Virus record (IMG/VR): IMGVR_UViG_3300024999_000030
Span: 1 to 64,000 of that record
Reading direction: 5' to 3' (one strand)
Length of the DNA: 64,000 nucleotides
Shown here: piece by piece, positions 43,207 to 53,230 of the stretch
Layout: the number at the start of each line of letters is the position of its first letter
Numbering within the stretch: position 1 is the stretch's first letter
Program-made: the position numbers and the translations under genes
The notes under the pieces: generated by a model
What the model was told of the DNA's origin: nothing
Seen by the model: the letters and a program-made list of their open reading frames with translations, nothing else
The model's database searches: none

Positions 43207-45711
43207 GTGGCCACTACTGATGTCCGTTCCACAAGATACCCCTTAAATCTTGACGATGATTCATCACTTCCTTATTTAATACCACAGGTTAGTGATGTTT
43301 CAGCAACAGACTACCTATCTCTTAAGAGTTCTATTCTCGCTCTGGAGCGTACGGTGGGTGTTTTTGAAGATCCGATTTCCGATCCCGAAAGTTATGAAAA
43401 TGGTGAATTGATTTCGGTTTCAGATAGGCTCAAGAATTTTTCCACTACTGAATTTGTTCCTAGAGCGGGTAATGTTTTAATTACGGGTCCATTAACAATG
43501 GACAAACTTCAACGTATTAGTTTTGGTTTAAATTGTGAAACATATGTAGTTTTTGCTGGAGAAAATACTAATATTTCTACAACAGTGCCGGCCATTTCTG
43601 GTACTGTTGGCCTTTTTCCAAGTGATAGTGCTCAAAATACAACTGCTGTTGTTCCATTAGCAATTGTTGGTAATGATGCAAGTCCTAATTTTGCTCTATA
43701 TCATCGTCGAGTTAAAATTTTTGATGATTTAGAAGTTAATGAAGATTTAAGAGTTAATAGAGATTTAGTTGTTTTAGGAACAGCTTATTTATCTGCAGAT
43801 ACTCTTATTGATAATCAAACGCTAGATCAGAGATACATTATGAAGGCTGGCGGTAATCCTGGTGGTTATATTACTGGCGATTTAAGCCAGTTTTCTGGTT
43901 CTTATAAAGTTTTAAATCCAAATAGTACAGTATCCCTTTCCACAACCGGCGTGTCGGGCTCACCATTATTGGTAATTGAAGACATTGCCTCTACATGGAA
44001 AATGGGGACTCAGTCTGGAACTTTACGTATTTATAGTTCTAATGCTGGCGGTACAAATGTAAGTATTTTTAATTCTTTAAATATTGCTGTCGGATTAACA
44101 ATTAGTGGAAATGTTACAGCGGCTGGCCTTTATCTTGATGATGGCACTGGCCGAGGTATGTTTAGAGGGGTAATTAACAATACACCATTTGCTGGCTCCA
44201 CCACGTCCCCCAATCATTATATGTTGGGGCCATCTCAGGCTTCACAGGGGTTTAATGGTGAAGCGAATTTAATTGATCATTTGAACAATATCAATGCTCA
44301 CCACGAGGAATTACATTCCTTTGAATCTCATGTTGTTCAGGTGGGATACAATAGTGGTGTCTACAGGTCTTTCATTCAACCTGCTGGTAAAATTAAATCT
44401 TTGGGCGAAATGATTGAAGATTTGTTGTCAGGAACCAATGCTGATGGGTATCACACTCATAGTTCTCAACAATATTGGTGGACAATGAAGGCTACGGCTT
44501 CCGATTCTACCACTATTAGATCTTGGGTGGATGCTAATTATTGCTCTAAAACTGGTGGCTGTAATAGTTCTTCTTCTTTAGATGCCCATCGTACAGCCAC
44601 TATTATTGATCATCCAAATCGATCTATTACTGCTGAAAAAATTGATGAACGAATAATTGGAATAACTTATCTTCCTGGTGTAGACTTGAGCTTACAAACT
44701 GTTAGTGCGGATATTATTGCCGCTAGACAGGGTAAAGCCAGTCTATATGCAGTTTTGGGATCTTTATCTTCTCTCACCACTCCCGTTACAACTGATTTAG
44801 TCGCAGCCATTAACTCAGCATATGCCTCAGCCATGCCCACAGGAACAATTACCATGTGGGGAGGAACTGCTGCCCCGTCTGGTTTTGTAATGTGCGATGG
44901 AACAGCCTACACAAGGGCGGCTCAAACGTATTCTGCTTTATATAGTGTAATAGGAATTAGATATGGCTCTGGCGATGGATCTACTACATTCAACGTACCA
45001 AATTTGAGAAGTAAATTTCCAATGGGCGGTACAACGGCCACAGATTTAGGCCGCACAGGAGGGTCTATTTCTGGACACACCCACGGCTCATTTGGTGCAG
45101 CAACTACAGCTGGATATAATAGTGGTGGTGTTAATGGTAATATTGATGCTGGTGACGACTTCCCTAATTGGTTGCAACACACACATCTTCTGAGGCCCAA
45201 TGTGGCAAATTATAGTTCAGCTTCAGGTCAGGTGATGCGCTTTACTAGCGGTGGTTCAGGGATAACCAGAATTACAACACAGACTTCTGGAAGTATTTCT
45301 AGTTTTTCAGCTAGCTCTACAACTGGTTGGACGAACGTTACTTGTTCAGCCGCGCACAATCTCAAAGAGGGTAGTTCAATTACAATTTCAGGTACAACTG
45401 GTGGAGCATATGATGGGGATTATTTGATAGCCACATATGCCCTTGCTACTAATCAATTTTCAATTTATAGAACTTTTAGCTCGACCAGCACAGGTACATT
45501 TATCGGCGGATTTGCACATGGTTTATCTAATGGTAATACTATTAAAATTATGCAATCTACACATTATACTGGTTCTTTTATGATCTCAAATGTAACTAGT
45601 ACTACTTTTGATATTGCAAGAGCTTACGTTGGAGACGAGTTAGCCGTTTGGAGCGTTTCTGATGCAGCTCTTCCACCATATGTTACTGTTAATTATATTA
45701 TTAAATTGTAA
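43207..45711 (+). CDS. Tail fibre protein with phage tail collar domain
   Basis: PTGTITMWGGTAAPSGFVMCDG...YSALYSVIG.RYGSGDGSTTFNVPNLR..FPMG ... PPYVTVNYIIK. Confidence 0.85.
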   Translation: MATTDVRSTRYPLNLDDDSSLPYLIPQVSDVSATDYLSLKSSILALERTVGVFEDPISDPESYENGELISVSDRLKNFSTTEFVPRAGNVLITGPLTMDKLQRISFGLNCETYVVFAGENTNISTTVPAISGTVGLFPSDSAQNTTAVVPLAIVGNDASPNFALYHRRVKIFDDLEVNEDLRVNRDLVVLGTAYLSADTLIDNQTLDQRYIMKAGGNPGGYITGDLSQFSGSYKVLNPNSTVSLSTTGVSGSPLLVIEDIASTWKMGTQSGTLRIYSSNAGGTNVSIFNSLNIAVGLTISGNVTAAGLYLDDGTGRGMFRGVINNTPFAGSTTSPNHYMLGPSQASQGFNGEANLIDHLNNINAHHEELHSFESHVVQVGYNSGVYRSFIQPAGKIKSLGEMIEDLLSGTNADGYHTHSSQQYWWTMKATASDSTTIRSWVDANYCSKTGGCNSSSSLDAHRTATIIDHPNRSITAEKIDERIIGITYLPGVDLSLQTVSADIIAARQGKASLYAVLGSLSSLTTPVTTDLVAAINSAYASAMPTGTITMWGGTAAPSGFVMCDGTAYTRAAQTYSALYSVIGIRYGSGDGSTTFNVPNLRSKFPMGGTTATDLGRTGGSISGHTHGSFGAATTAGYNSGGVNGNIDAGDDFPNWLQHTHLLRPNVANYSSASGQVMRFTSGGSGITRITTQTSGSISSFSASSTTGWTNVTCSAAHNLKEGSSITISGTTGGAYDGDYLIATYALATNQFSIYRTFSSTSTGTFIGGFAHGLSNGNTIKIMQSTHYTGSFMISNVTSTTFDIARAYVGDELAVWSVSDAALPPYVTVNYIIKL

Positions 45712-45726
45712 GTAAGGCGGGGTAGA

Positions 45727-47667
45727 ATGATTACTGATATCAATTCATCTAAGTATCCTCTGAGTTATGACGATGACGCAAGTTTGGGTTATTTAACTCC
45801 TGGCCAGAGTGATATTTCTTCTACGAATATCAATCAAATTCGTAGCTCTATTTTCGCCATAGAAAGAGTGTTAGGATTAAATCCTGGCGCAGGTAGGACG
45901 GTAGCACAGCGTATCACACAATTGTCGGGCGACTTAGAGAGTGTTTTTAATGGTTCTTTATCTCATTCTTTAATTTTTGGATATGATTCTCAGCATTACA
46001 GCGCCAAGGCTATTTTCGGCACTAATTGTGATGCATTTATTACTTATGATGGCTTTCGTAAAAATCGTAGTGTTGCCCCATTAACTGGTGATACGTTTCT
46101 TCCATTTGATTGTGAATCCAATACCGCATCAGTGGTTCCACTTTCTATTGTCGGTGCTCAGGCGTCAAGTGGAGATGATAAACATTTTAGAATTAGATTA
46201 TTTGATGATGTGGAGATTACCGGTTCATTACGTATTATAGATAAAATGGTTGGTCCATGGGGCCTGTTAACTAAAGGTCAATATGATTATTCTAATGGTC
46301 AGTGTTCATATAATTTTTCGGATAGTGCCATGACCATTCCAGAGTGGGTCGATAGGGAAATAGAATTAATTGGCAATCCTCTGTGGGTAAATGTTTCGGG
46401 CGATTGCATGTATGGAGATTTAGCAATGTCTTTCTCTGTCCCAGATGGGTATGGAGACGGATATGGGGAAGGATATGGGGAAGGATATGGAGAGGGATAC
46501 GGTTCAATTTATCCCGCAGCTTTAACATTTGGAGCTTGTGCTGCCCCATCAGCTATGATTATGTTTGATTTATACGGAATGAGAACACTTCCAGAAATTA
46601 ACACGTTTGATTTATTTGTTCATGAAGCGGTAACTATTAGTGATGTTGCTCCACTCCTTATTTATGGTGTTCCAGCTATAGAACCTGGAATTGAACAAAT
46701 TCAACATCGTCGTATTAAACTTATTGACGATATAGAGGTTGTCGGAAGTATTAGAGCTAATCAATTTATTTATGCTGGCAATAATACAGCTATTAATGTT
46801 CCCCCAGAACTCAATTCGTCAAATGCTATTGTATATAACCAATATATAGATTATCCAAGTGCTAGTAAATTTAGAAGTAATTTTAGTGCTGGGTTTGTTG
46901 GTCCTGGTGTAACCATTGGACATCGTCCTGGCCACACACATTCTACTCAAGATATTTTAGATCTCGCTTTCTTATTACAGGGGCCCCAGATTATTAGTAT
47001 TTACGACACTTATGATACCGCAGGTGATCCGCCCCTTGGTCCCACAGAAAAAAGTGATGGCCTAGCTGGTAGAGCTGTGTGTAGACCAGATGTTGGAGCA
47101 GATGATGTGTTTTCCCAGAGCATGATTTTACGTGCTAATTATCTACCATTTATTGACGGCGAACCCCTGCCTCAAATTATTATTCGTGGACAAAACACTA
47201 GCACAGAAAAAACCATTGATGCTATTGCGGCTTGGACACTGTCCACGGGCGAAACGGAATTAAAATTTGATATTCCAAACACTTCACCCACAGATGATTA
47301 TGATGTAACGGTTATTGCAACCAATGGACTAATGGGACGCTCTACTCACCGTGCAACTGTAGGTGGTATAGAGTTGGTGGAGCCATTAGCGGCTACATTA
47401 ACAGGTGATGCCACTGGATTTACTAATGTAGATGCTTTGTTTTCAATTACCTCAGTGTCTGGTGGAAAACAACCATATGCTTATCAGTGGACCTTTGGTG
47501 ATGATACCGGAGAAGATGGTAGTGCAGACGTGGCTCATTCCTATACTGATGCTGGAGATTATACTGTTACGGCCACCGTTACTGATGTTAATGGGTTTAT
47601 TGTTGTAAATTCTCAGGTTGTCACTATATTAACCAATTGCAATGTATACGTAGGGTATACTATATAA
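45727..47667 (+). CDS. Structural protein paralogous to 43207 N-terminus, C-terminal PKD domain
   Basis: (T/K)YPL..DDD.SL.YL start; GYGE repeats; YQWTFGDD...HSYTDAGDYTV. Confidence 0.72.
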   Translation: MITDINSSKYPLSYDDDASLGYLTPGQSDISSTNINQIRSSIFAIERVLGLNPGAGRTVAQRITQLSGDLESVFNGSLSHSLIFGYDSQHYSAKAIFGTNCDAFITYDGFRKNRSVAPLTGDTFLPFDCESNTASVVPLSIVGAQASSGDDKHFRIRLFDDVEITGSLRIIDKMVGPWGLLTKGQYDYSNGQCSYNFSDSAMTIPEWVDREIELIGNPLWVNVSGDCMYGDLAMSFSVPDGYGDGYGEGYGEGYGEGYGSIYPAALTFGACAAPSAMIMFDLYGMRTLPEINTFDLFVHEAVTISDVAPLLIYGVPAIEPGIEQIQHRRIKLIDDIEVVGSIRANQFIYAGNNTAINVPPELNSSNAIVYNQYIDYPSASKFRSNFSAGFVGPGVTIGHRPGHTHSTQDILDLAFLLQGPQIISIYDTYDTAGDPPLGPTEKSDGLAGRAVCRPDVGADDVFSQSMILRANYLPFIDGEPLPQIIIRGQNTSTEKTIDAIAAWTLSTGETELKFDIPNTSPTDDYDVTVIATNGLMGRSTHRATVGGIELVEPLAATLTGDATGFTNVDALFSITSVSGGKQPYAYQWTFGDDTGEDGSADVAHSYTDAGDYTVTATVTDVNGFIVVNSQVVTILTNCNVYVGYTI

Positions 47668-47680
47668 AGAGAGGCTGATA

Positions 47681-50600
47681 ATGTCAACACTTGTTAATTT
47701 TACCGCTTATGGAGATGAGGATCAGACTCAGCCTTCTACGGCTGATCATTGGGTGTGGGATTTTGGTGATGGTAATACAGCAACAACTTATACCAATGCC
47801 ACCACTCATGTGTATAATCCAGATGGGGTGTTTCAAGTAACTGTATCAGCATATATATCAGCTGACCCATATGATCCATACGTTCAATGCGTAGCCACTA
47901 ATATTATTAACGTATGTACTTTGTTTTCTGGTAGCTTTACATATTCTGTAAGTGGTTTATCTGTAACTGTAACTGGTTCTACTGTTGGTGCTCCAGCTGC
48001 CTCTTATAGTTATTATTATTATGATTTTGATGATAGTGGTTATGCATATGCGGTGGAGAGTAATACTGGCACCGCCCCCGCCGTAGTTCATGGATATACC
48101 TCTACTTCTGCTACTCCATATACCCCTACGTTAGTTTGTAAGAATGGTGGTCGTGTTGTAGACTTTGGTCCTATGGCTGGCGGCGAAGTTGATTTTTCTA
48201 CTGGTGGCGCCCTAATAGAAAGCGGGACGGCTGTGGTTTTAATGGGAGCGAGTCTTAACCATTTAACTGTAGTAAGTCCCTCTGATTATACTGTTGGCAC
48301 TGATAAAATTACATTAGATACAGGTATCACGGCAGGATATTATCTACAATTACTTTATGTTGACAGTGGTTCGGGGTATAATCAAACTTCTTCTGTTTAT
48401 GCTGCAGACGTATTATTACCCGCAAATGGCTTAAGTGTAGGTTTAACTCCTTCCGGTATTGCAGAGTGTTTTAATGGCGGAATAACTTTTGTTAAATATG
48501 TATTTGGTGGTTCTGCCCCATATACCTATAGTTGGAATTTTGATTCTACTTCTGAGTTAGGAACTTCTTCTGCAGATGATACATGGGTGACCGTAGCTGG
48601 AACAGAAATTAAAACATCCACTAGTGCGTCCCCAGGTGAAATCATTTATAATGCAAATCCCACGGCTTCATTGCCGGTATCTACGATAATAACGGCAACA
48701 TTAACTGTAACTGATTCTGCATTAGTTTCTTCTACAGCTTCTGCTGTTTTAACGTTCGGTGAATTACCAGCCGTGTTTCCCAGTGGATATGAAAATTTTA
48801 GCCGTAGATATATCAGTAGCTCTAGTGTAGGTGCATTATTTACTAGGGTTTATTCTGTTCAATTGGGAACCTCCACTGAAGCAGATCACAATTATATATG
48901 GACACCAGAAGATGATTTAGATTCTACCGTTATTGCGCAGCCAACCTGTACCCCAACAGCATCTTCCAGAAGATATCTTGAAACCATAACTAAGGTAGAA
49001 AATGGATCCTCTTGTGTAGAATATGTTGGTTGTGAAAATTTTGCTGAATGCTATGTGAATATTCCTTCTGTCACTTTAGGAGCGGTAACATTAAGTAGTA
49101 GTCTTGGTACTTGCCTCAAGGCAGTTTCTATTAAAATCAATAGCGTCAGCCCAGCGGCGGAGGGCCTCGCATTAATAGTGGAACGGGTTCGCGGAGCAGC
49201 TGGAACGGTTGCTGATGTGGGAGTTAGCGGTGACTTACCTGAAGTAATAGACTATACAGCTTCTCCAACTTGTAATTTTATTACTGCGGGTTTGCCTGGT
49301 GGAATTTTAATGCTAGACACACCATATAGAACTTTCAATACTTCAAATAGGGTGGCATATAAAATTACACAATCGACTACATTCCCATTGTATATTACGG
49401 CGCTAGACCCGGTTTGCAGTTCCACCACAGCAACTACACATGACTATAGAGTCAGATTAATTGATGTTGCCGGCATATTAGATGCCTCTGTTACTGAAGC
49501 TATGATGGTTGATAATTCTAGAGCCTCATTAGCAATTTCAAATGATATAACTCTTCAGCACACTGGAGTGGAATCTTGTTTATCTAGTGCTACAATTAAC
49601 GTATCTCCATCTGGTCATCCAACTAATTATTATTATGGTGAAACTATTACATTCTCTACCACTGTTTCGGGTGGAGTCGCTCCCTTGTTTTATAATTGGA
49701 ATTTTGATGGTCTTGGTAATTTTACTGGTGGAGGTTATTCTTACGAATTTGTTGATGGAACGTCTGCAACTAGTGCCTCTCCACAAGTTAGATTTTTAAG
49801 TCCTGCTTCTGCTCCAAATAAAATTGCAAGAATTGGATTAACAGTACATGATTCTAGTAATGGCGGTGCAGGTGTTGATATTATAGCTCCGACAACAGAT
49901 CTAACTATGGAATACATCGCCCCCTGTGTGGTGTCGTGTTCAGCTTCGGTTCCAACCACGGCAGTAGTGAGCACCTCTGTTGCTTTCGCTGGATCAGCTC
50001 CAATTACTGGTTGTACTAGTAGCGTTACTTATGATTGGGATTTTGGCGATGGAACTGCTCATTCTAGTTCTCAAAATCCCTCACATACATATTCTACCCC
50101 AGATACCTACACTTGGGTGTTGATAGCCACGGCATCTGGTCCACTTGGAGTAACAACTTGCACACGCTCTGGGGCTATTGTAGTGAGTTCCGCTTGTGTA
50201 ATTACGGCGTGCGGCACGGCCACTGAAAGTCCAGCCCCACCCGAAGTAGGATGTTATTGTCCGTGGGACGAAAGTGTTCCATTCATAGCAACCTATAGCA
50301 CCACTGGCACTTGCGGCACGCCTACGTTTACTTGGAATTTTGGCGATGGTAATACTGGATCTGGTCAGAGTACAACTCACATTTATACCACTAGAAACAC
50401 TACGTTTAACTGGACATTAACGGTAAATATAAATGGAGTAACTTGTTCAACAAATGGACAAGTTAAAACTTGCACTTTAGCTCAATGTGATGGTAGTATT
50501 CCAGGTTGTTTTGTGGCTGGCACTTTAATCACAATGGCAGACGGCACTTTAAAACCAATTGAAAATATTCAATCTGGAGATAGAATTATTGGGGCTGACG

Positions 50601-50938
50601 CTAGTGGGCACGTTATAGCTGATGTTCTTGCTCCATTGGTTCATAATAATTATTCTGAGTTTATGTTATTGGGAGTTTCTGCTGGTCCAGCAACAATGAT
50701 AATGACTTCAGAACATAAAGTTTGGATTGAAGAGAAACAAGATTATATTGAAGTGAGCGAAGCTATTAGGGGTGGATTCACCGCCAAATTATTTACTGGT
50801 AAAACTTATCCCTGGGCTTTGGCTAGTACTGGTCATTTTGCTGATACTGTATACAATCTCACCACTTCTACTAGAAATTATTTTGCTAACGGTGTTTTAG
50901 TATCTAATATGAAAGCAGTTATAACGACCCCAAGTTAA
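47681..50938 (+). CDS. PKD-repeat virion protein with C-terminal Hint (intein-like) domain
   Basis: Several WDFGDG/WNFGDG PKD repeats; CFVAGTLITMADG...VYNL...NYFANGVLVSN at 50507-50908. Confidence 0.85.
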   Translation: MSTLVNFTAYGDEDQTQPSTADHWVWDFGDGNTATTYTNATTHVYNPDGVFQVTVSAYISADPYDPYVQCVATNIINVCTLFSGSFTYSVSGLSVTVTGSTVGAPAASYSYYYYDFDDSGYAYAVESNTGTAPAVVHGYTSTSATPYTPTLVCKNGGRVVDFGPMAGGEVDFSTGGALIESGTAVVLMGASLNHLTVVSPSDYTVGTDKITLDTGITAGYYLQLLYVDSGSGYNQTSSVYAADVLLPANGLSVGLTPSGIAECFNGGITFVKYVFGGSAPYTYSWNFDSTSELGTSSADDTWVTVAGTEIKTSTSASPGEIIYNANPTASLPVSTIITATLTVTDSALVSSTASAVLTFGELPAVFPSGYENFSRRYISSSSVGALFTRVYSVQLGTSTEADHNYIWTPEDDLDSTVIAQPTCTPTASSRRYLETITKVENGSSCVEYVGCENFAECYVNIPSVTLGAVTLSSSLGTCLKAVSIKINSVSPAAEGLALIVERVRGAAGTVADVGVSGDLPEVIDYTASPTCNFITAGLPGGILMLDTPYRTFNTSNRVAYKITQSTTFPLYITALDPVCSSTTATTHDYRVRLIDVAGILDASVTEAMMVDNSRASLAISNDITLQHTGVESCLSSATINVSPSGHPTNYYYGETITFSTTVSGGVAPLFYNWNFDGLGNFTGGGYSYEFVDGTSATSASPQVRFLSPASAPNKIARIGLTVHDSSNGGAGVDIIAPTTDLTMEYIAPCVVSCSASVPTTAVVSTSVAFAGSAPITGCTSSVTYDWDFGDGTAHSSSQNPSHTYSTPDTYTWVLIATASGPLGVTTCTRSGAIVVSSACVITACGTATESPAPPEVGCYCPWDESVPFIATYSTTGTCGTPTFTWNFGDGNTGSGQSTTHIYTTRNTTFNWTLTVNINGVTCSTNGQVKTCTLAQCDGSIPGCFVAGTLITMADGTLKPIENIQSGDRIIGADASGHVIADVLAPLVHNNYSEFMLLGVSAGPATMIMTSEHKVWIEEKQDYIEVSEAIRGGFTAKLFTGKTYPWALASTGHFADTVYNLTTSTRNYFANGVLVSNMKAVITTPS

Positions 50939-50954
50939 ACATAGGAGTGTTTAA

Positions 50955-51641
50955 ATGGCAATCTCAAATGATGATATTTCTGCTCAAGTAGCCACACTAA
51001 CCAGACAACTGAGCGATATGCGCACACAGGTAAATGAAACTAATCGTCTGGTAAGTCTGTTGTTTAATTCCATAAGTTCATTATCTGAGACCACTGCCAT
51101 TGTATCCAATCAGGTAGAGGAAGTGGCTACTACAACGACCGACATGAACGCTATAGTGGTAACTCTTCCCACTACAAGCTATACAGCTACTTTAGCGGCT
51201 ATATCTCAAACGCTTGGAACAATTAATACTAACTTAATGAATATTGAAGCTGCTGTTTTGGCGTTACCACATGATGCGGTTTTTGATGCCATGACTCAGT
51301 CTTTAGAAGACATTAAAATTATTCTAGGTGCCCCTCCACTGGGCCAAAATATTTGGTCTAGACTCTCCACTATTACAACAGTAACAACGGCTGATGAAAC
51401 GGCTAAGGTGAGAGTATATGGTAGATTAACGGGCGAGTTGGTATGCCCCATTACTGTCACCGTTTTTGATTGTATGACCAGTAATACTGTTACATCTACT
51501 TCGGTTAATTTGACAGACGGCACATTCCAGTTCTATGTTATTCCCGGGAGATATGTTGTGGAGTTCACTGGGTCGGCAGTTAAGACAGTAAATGTAACTA
51601 TCGACGTACCAGAAGTTACAGAGTTCAACATGACGCCCTAA
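50955..51641 (+). CDS. Coiled-coil structural protein with C-terminal beta domain
   Basis: AGGAG RBS; heptad-like N-half. Confidence 0.6.
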   Translation: MAISNDDISAQVATLTRQLSDMRTQVNETNRLVSLLFNSISSLSETTAIVSNQVEEVATTTTDMNAIVVTLPTTSYTATLAAISQTLGTINTNLMNIEAAVLALPHDAVFDAMTQSLEDIKIILGAPPLGQNIWSRLSTITTVTTADETAKVRVYGRLTGELVCPITVTVFDCMTSNTVTSTSVNLTDGTFQFYVIPGRYVVEFTGSAVKTVNVTIDVPEVTEFNMTP

Positions 51642-51655
51642 AAAATGAGGAACCT

Positions 51656-52273
51656 ATGATTTGTCCGCGTTGCAAGTTAGATAAAGATATTGATAGTTTT
51701 GATGGGTATAAGTCTTGTGACGCATGTCGTCGTCGCAGAGCTCAAATTCATAGAAACTATATTAATTCACATCAAGATAAAATGAAAAATTATAACAAGG
51801 AGTATTATCATAAAAATAAAGATAAAATGTTAGCTAATTATAAAGTATACTATGCCACGACAAATAGCAGAAGGCAATATAGACAAAAATATGAAAAAAA
51901 TCATAAGGTAGAATTGCAAGCAAAAAGAACGGAAAAATATCAAAACAATCTTAACTATAGGCTTACGGCATGTCTAAGAAGCAGAATTAATAAAGCAATT
52001 AAGGGAAATGACAAGGCTCATCGAACAGCAACTCTTTTGTGGTGCAGTGTTGATGAATTTAAACTTTATTTGCAGTCTCGATTTCTTGATGGTATGACGT
52101 GGGATAATTATGGCAATAAGGTAAATCAGTGGTCAGTTGATCATATCAAACCATGCGCCTCTTTTGATTTATCTGATCCAGAGCAACAAAAACAATGCTT
52201 TCATTATACTAATCTTCAGCCTTTGTGGCACGTAGATAATATAAAAAAGGGTGCGAAATATGAGCGACCTTAA
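51656..52273 (+). CDS. HNH homing endonuclease
   Basis: CPRCK..K; GMTWDNYG...WSVDHIKPCASFDL...CFHYTNLQPLW..DN.KK. Confidence 0.88.
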   Translation: MICPRCKLDKDIDSFDGYKSCDACRRRRAQIHRNYINSHQDKMKNYNKEYYHKNKDKMLANYKVYYATTNSRRQYRQKYEKNHKVELQAKRTEKYQNNLNYRLTACLRSRINKAIKGNDKAHRTATLLWCSVDEFKLYLQSRFLDGMTWDNYGNKVNQWSVDHIKPCASFDLSDPEQQKQCFHYTNLQPLWHVDNIKKGAKYERP

Positions 52274-53141
52274 GAGGCTAGAGACAAGAGAAGATTTACT
52301 TTATAATACTCTGGCTGTTGATGCTAAGGATATTATCATTGGTTCATTGAGAGAGTGGTTTAGTCATGATAACATATTTACATTTCGGCAGGATGAATTT
52401 GGATACCCCTTAATCCCACAAACTGACTTAAGGGGCGGCGGCTTAGCTGGCTCTCAGGATATAGTCTGGGGGGTTAATTCAACCAAAATCATCATTACGG
52501 ATGACTATCGTTTTAATAGCAGGTTCTTCCCAGCGATTACGGTGACAGATAACGGCGGCAATAATAGTGAAGTTTCCTTTAATCAGGAGATGGGTGGCGT
52601 TAAATATCAACTAGAGGAAGTAGTTATAGACGGGCAAATAGTACAAAGAAGGGTTCCATCTCACATTATTTTCGCCGGGGCATGGAAACAAAATTACGCT
52701 ATTAACGTAGTGGCCGAGGACCATCAAACTCGCAAAAGGCTCAAGGATATCGTATCAATGCTTTTTGTAAATGTCCTTCGTGAAACCCTTCTGAGTCGTG
52801 GCATTTTTATAGAAAAAGTTGGTCTTGGCGGAGATAGAGAGGACCAATTTGCCAATGACTACTATTATTCTTCTTCCATAAACCTTGACTTGTATTCAGA
52901 GTGGCGTAGAGAGGTGCCAGTAATAATGTTAGTCGAGGCTATCGTGTCTCAATCTAATTTGTTATCAGCGGCCCTTTCCCCACAAGATTTACGAATAGTT
53001 AGAGATTGTGTTTCTAAACATCCTATGGCGGCTTTTTATTCTTCCCAGCAAAACGACGGAGCAGTCAATAATATTGTTCCTGGACATGCTCATGCCGATT
53101 TTAAAATTTTCCCTAAACCTAACGACTGTAAGAAGAAATAA
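52260..53141 (+). CDS. Putative tail completion/terminator protein
   Basis: Directly upstream of the sheath gene; ATG 52260. Confidence 0.55.
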   Translation: MSDLKRLETREDLLYNTLAVDAKDIIIGSLREWFSHDNIFTFRQDEFGYPLIPQTDLRGGGLAGSQDIVWGVNSTKIIITDDYRFNSRFFPAITVTDNGGNNSEVSFNQEMGGVKYQLEEVVIDGQIVQRRVPSHIIFAGAWKQNYAINVVAEDHQTRKRLKDIVSMLFVNVLRETLLSRGIFIEKVGLGGDREDQFANDYYYSSSINLDLYSEWRREVPVIMLVEAIVSQSNLLSAALSPQDLRIVRDCVSKHPMAAFYSSQQNDGAVNNIVPGHAHADFKIFPKPNDCKKK

Positions 53142-53230
53142 CGTTCATATGGTCATTATCTTCTATTAATACTTCCTGCTTCAACAGAGAGGCTGTGTGT
53201 TATTAACAGCATTTGAATTAGGAGGGTCTA

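Noticed and set aside
50507-50908. Canonical splicing intein or homing intein
   Set aside because: No endonuclease domain, +1 residue is Met, and the C-extein is only 9 aa.
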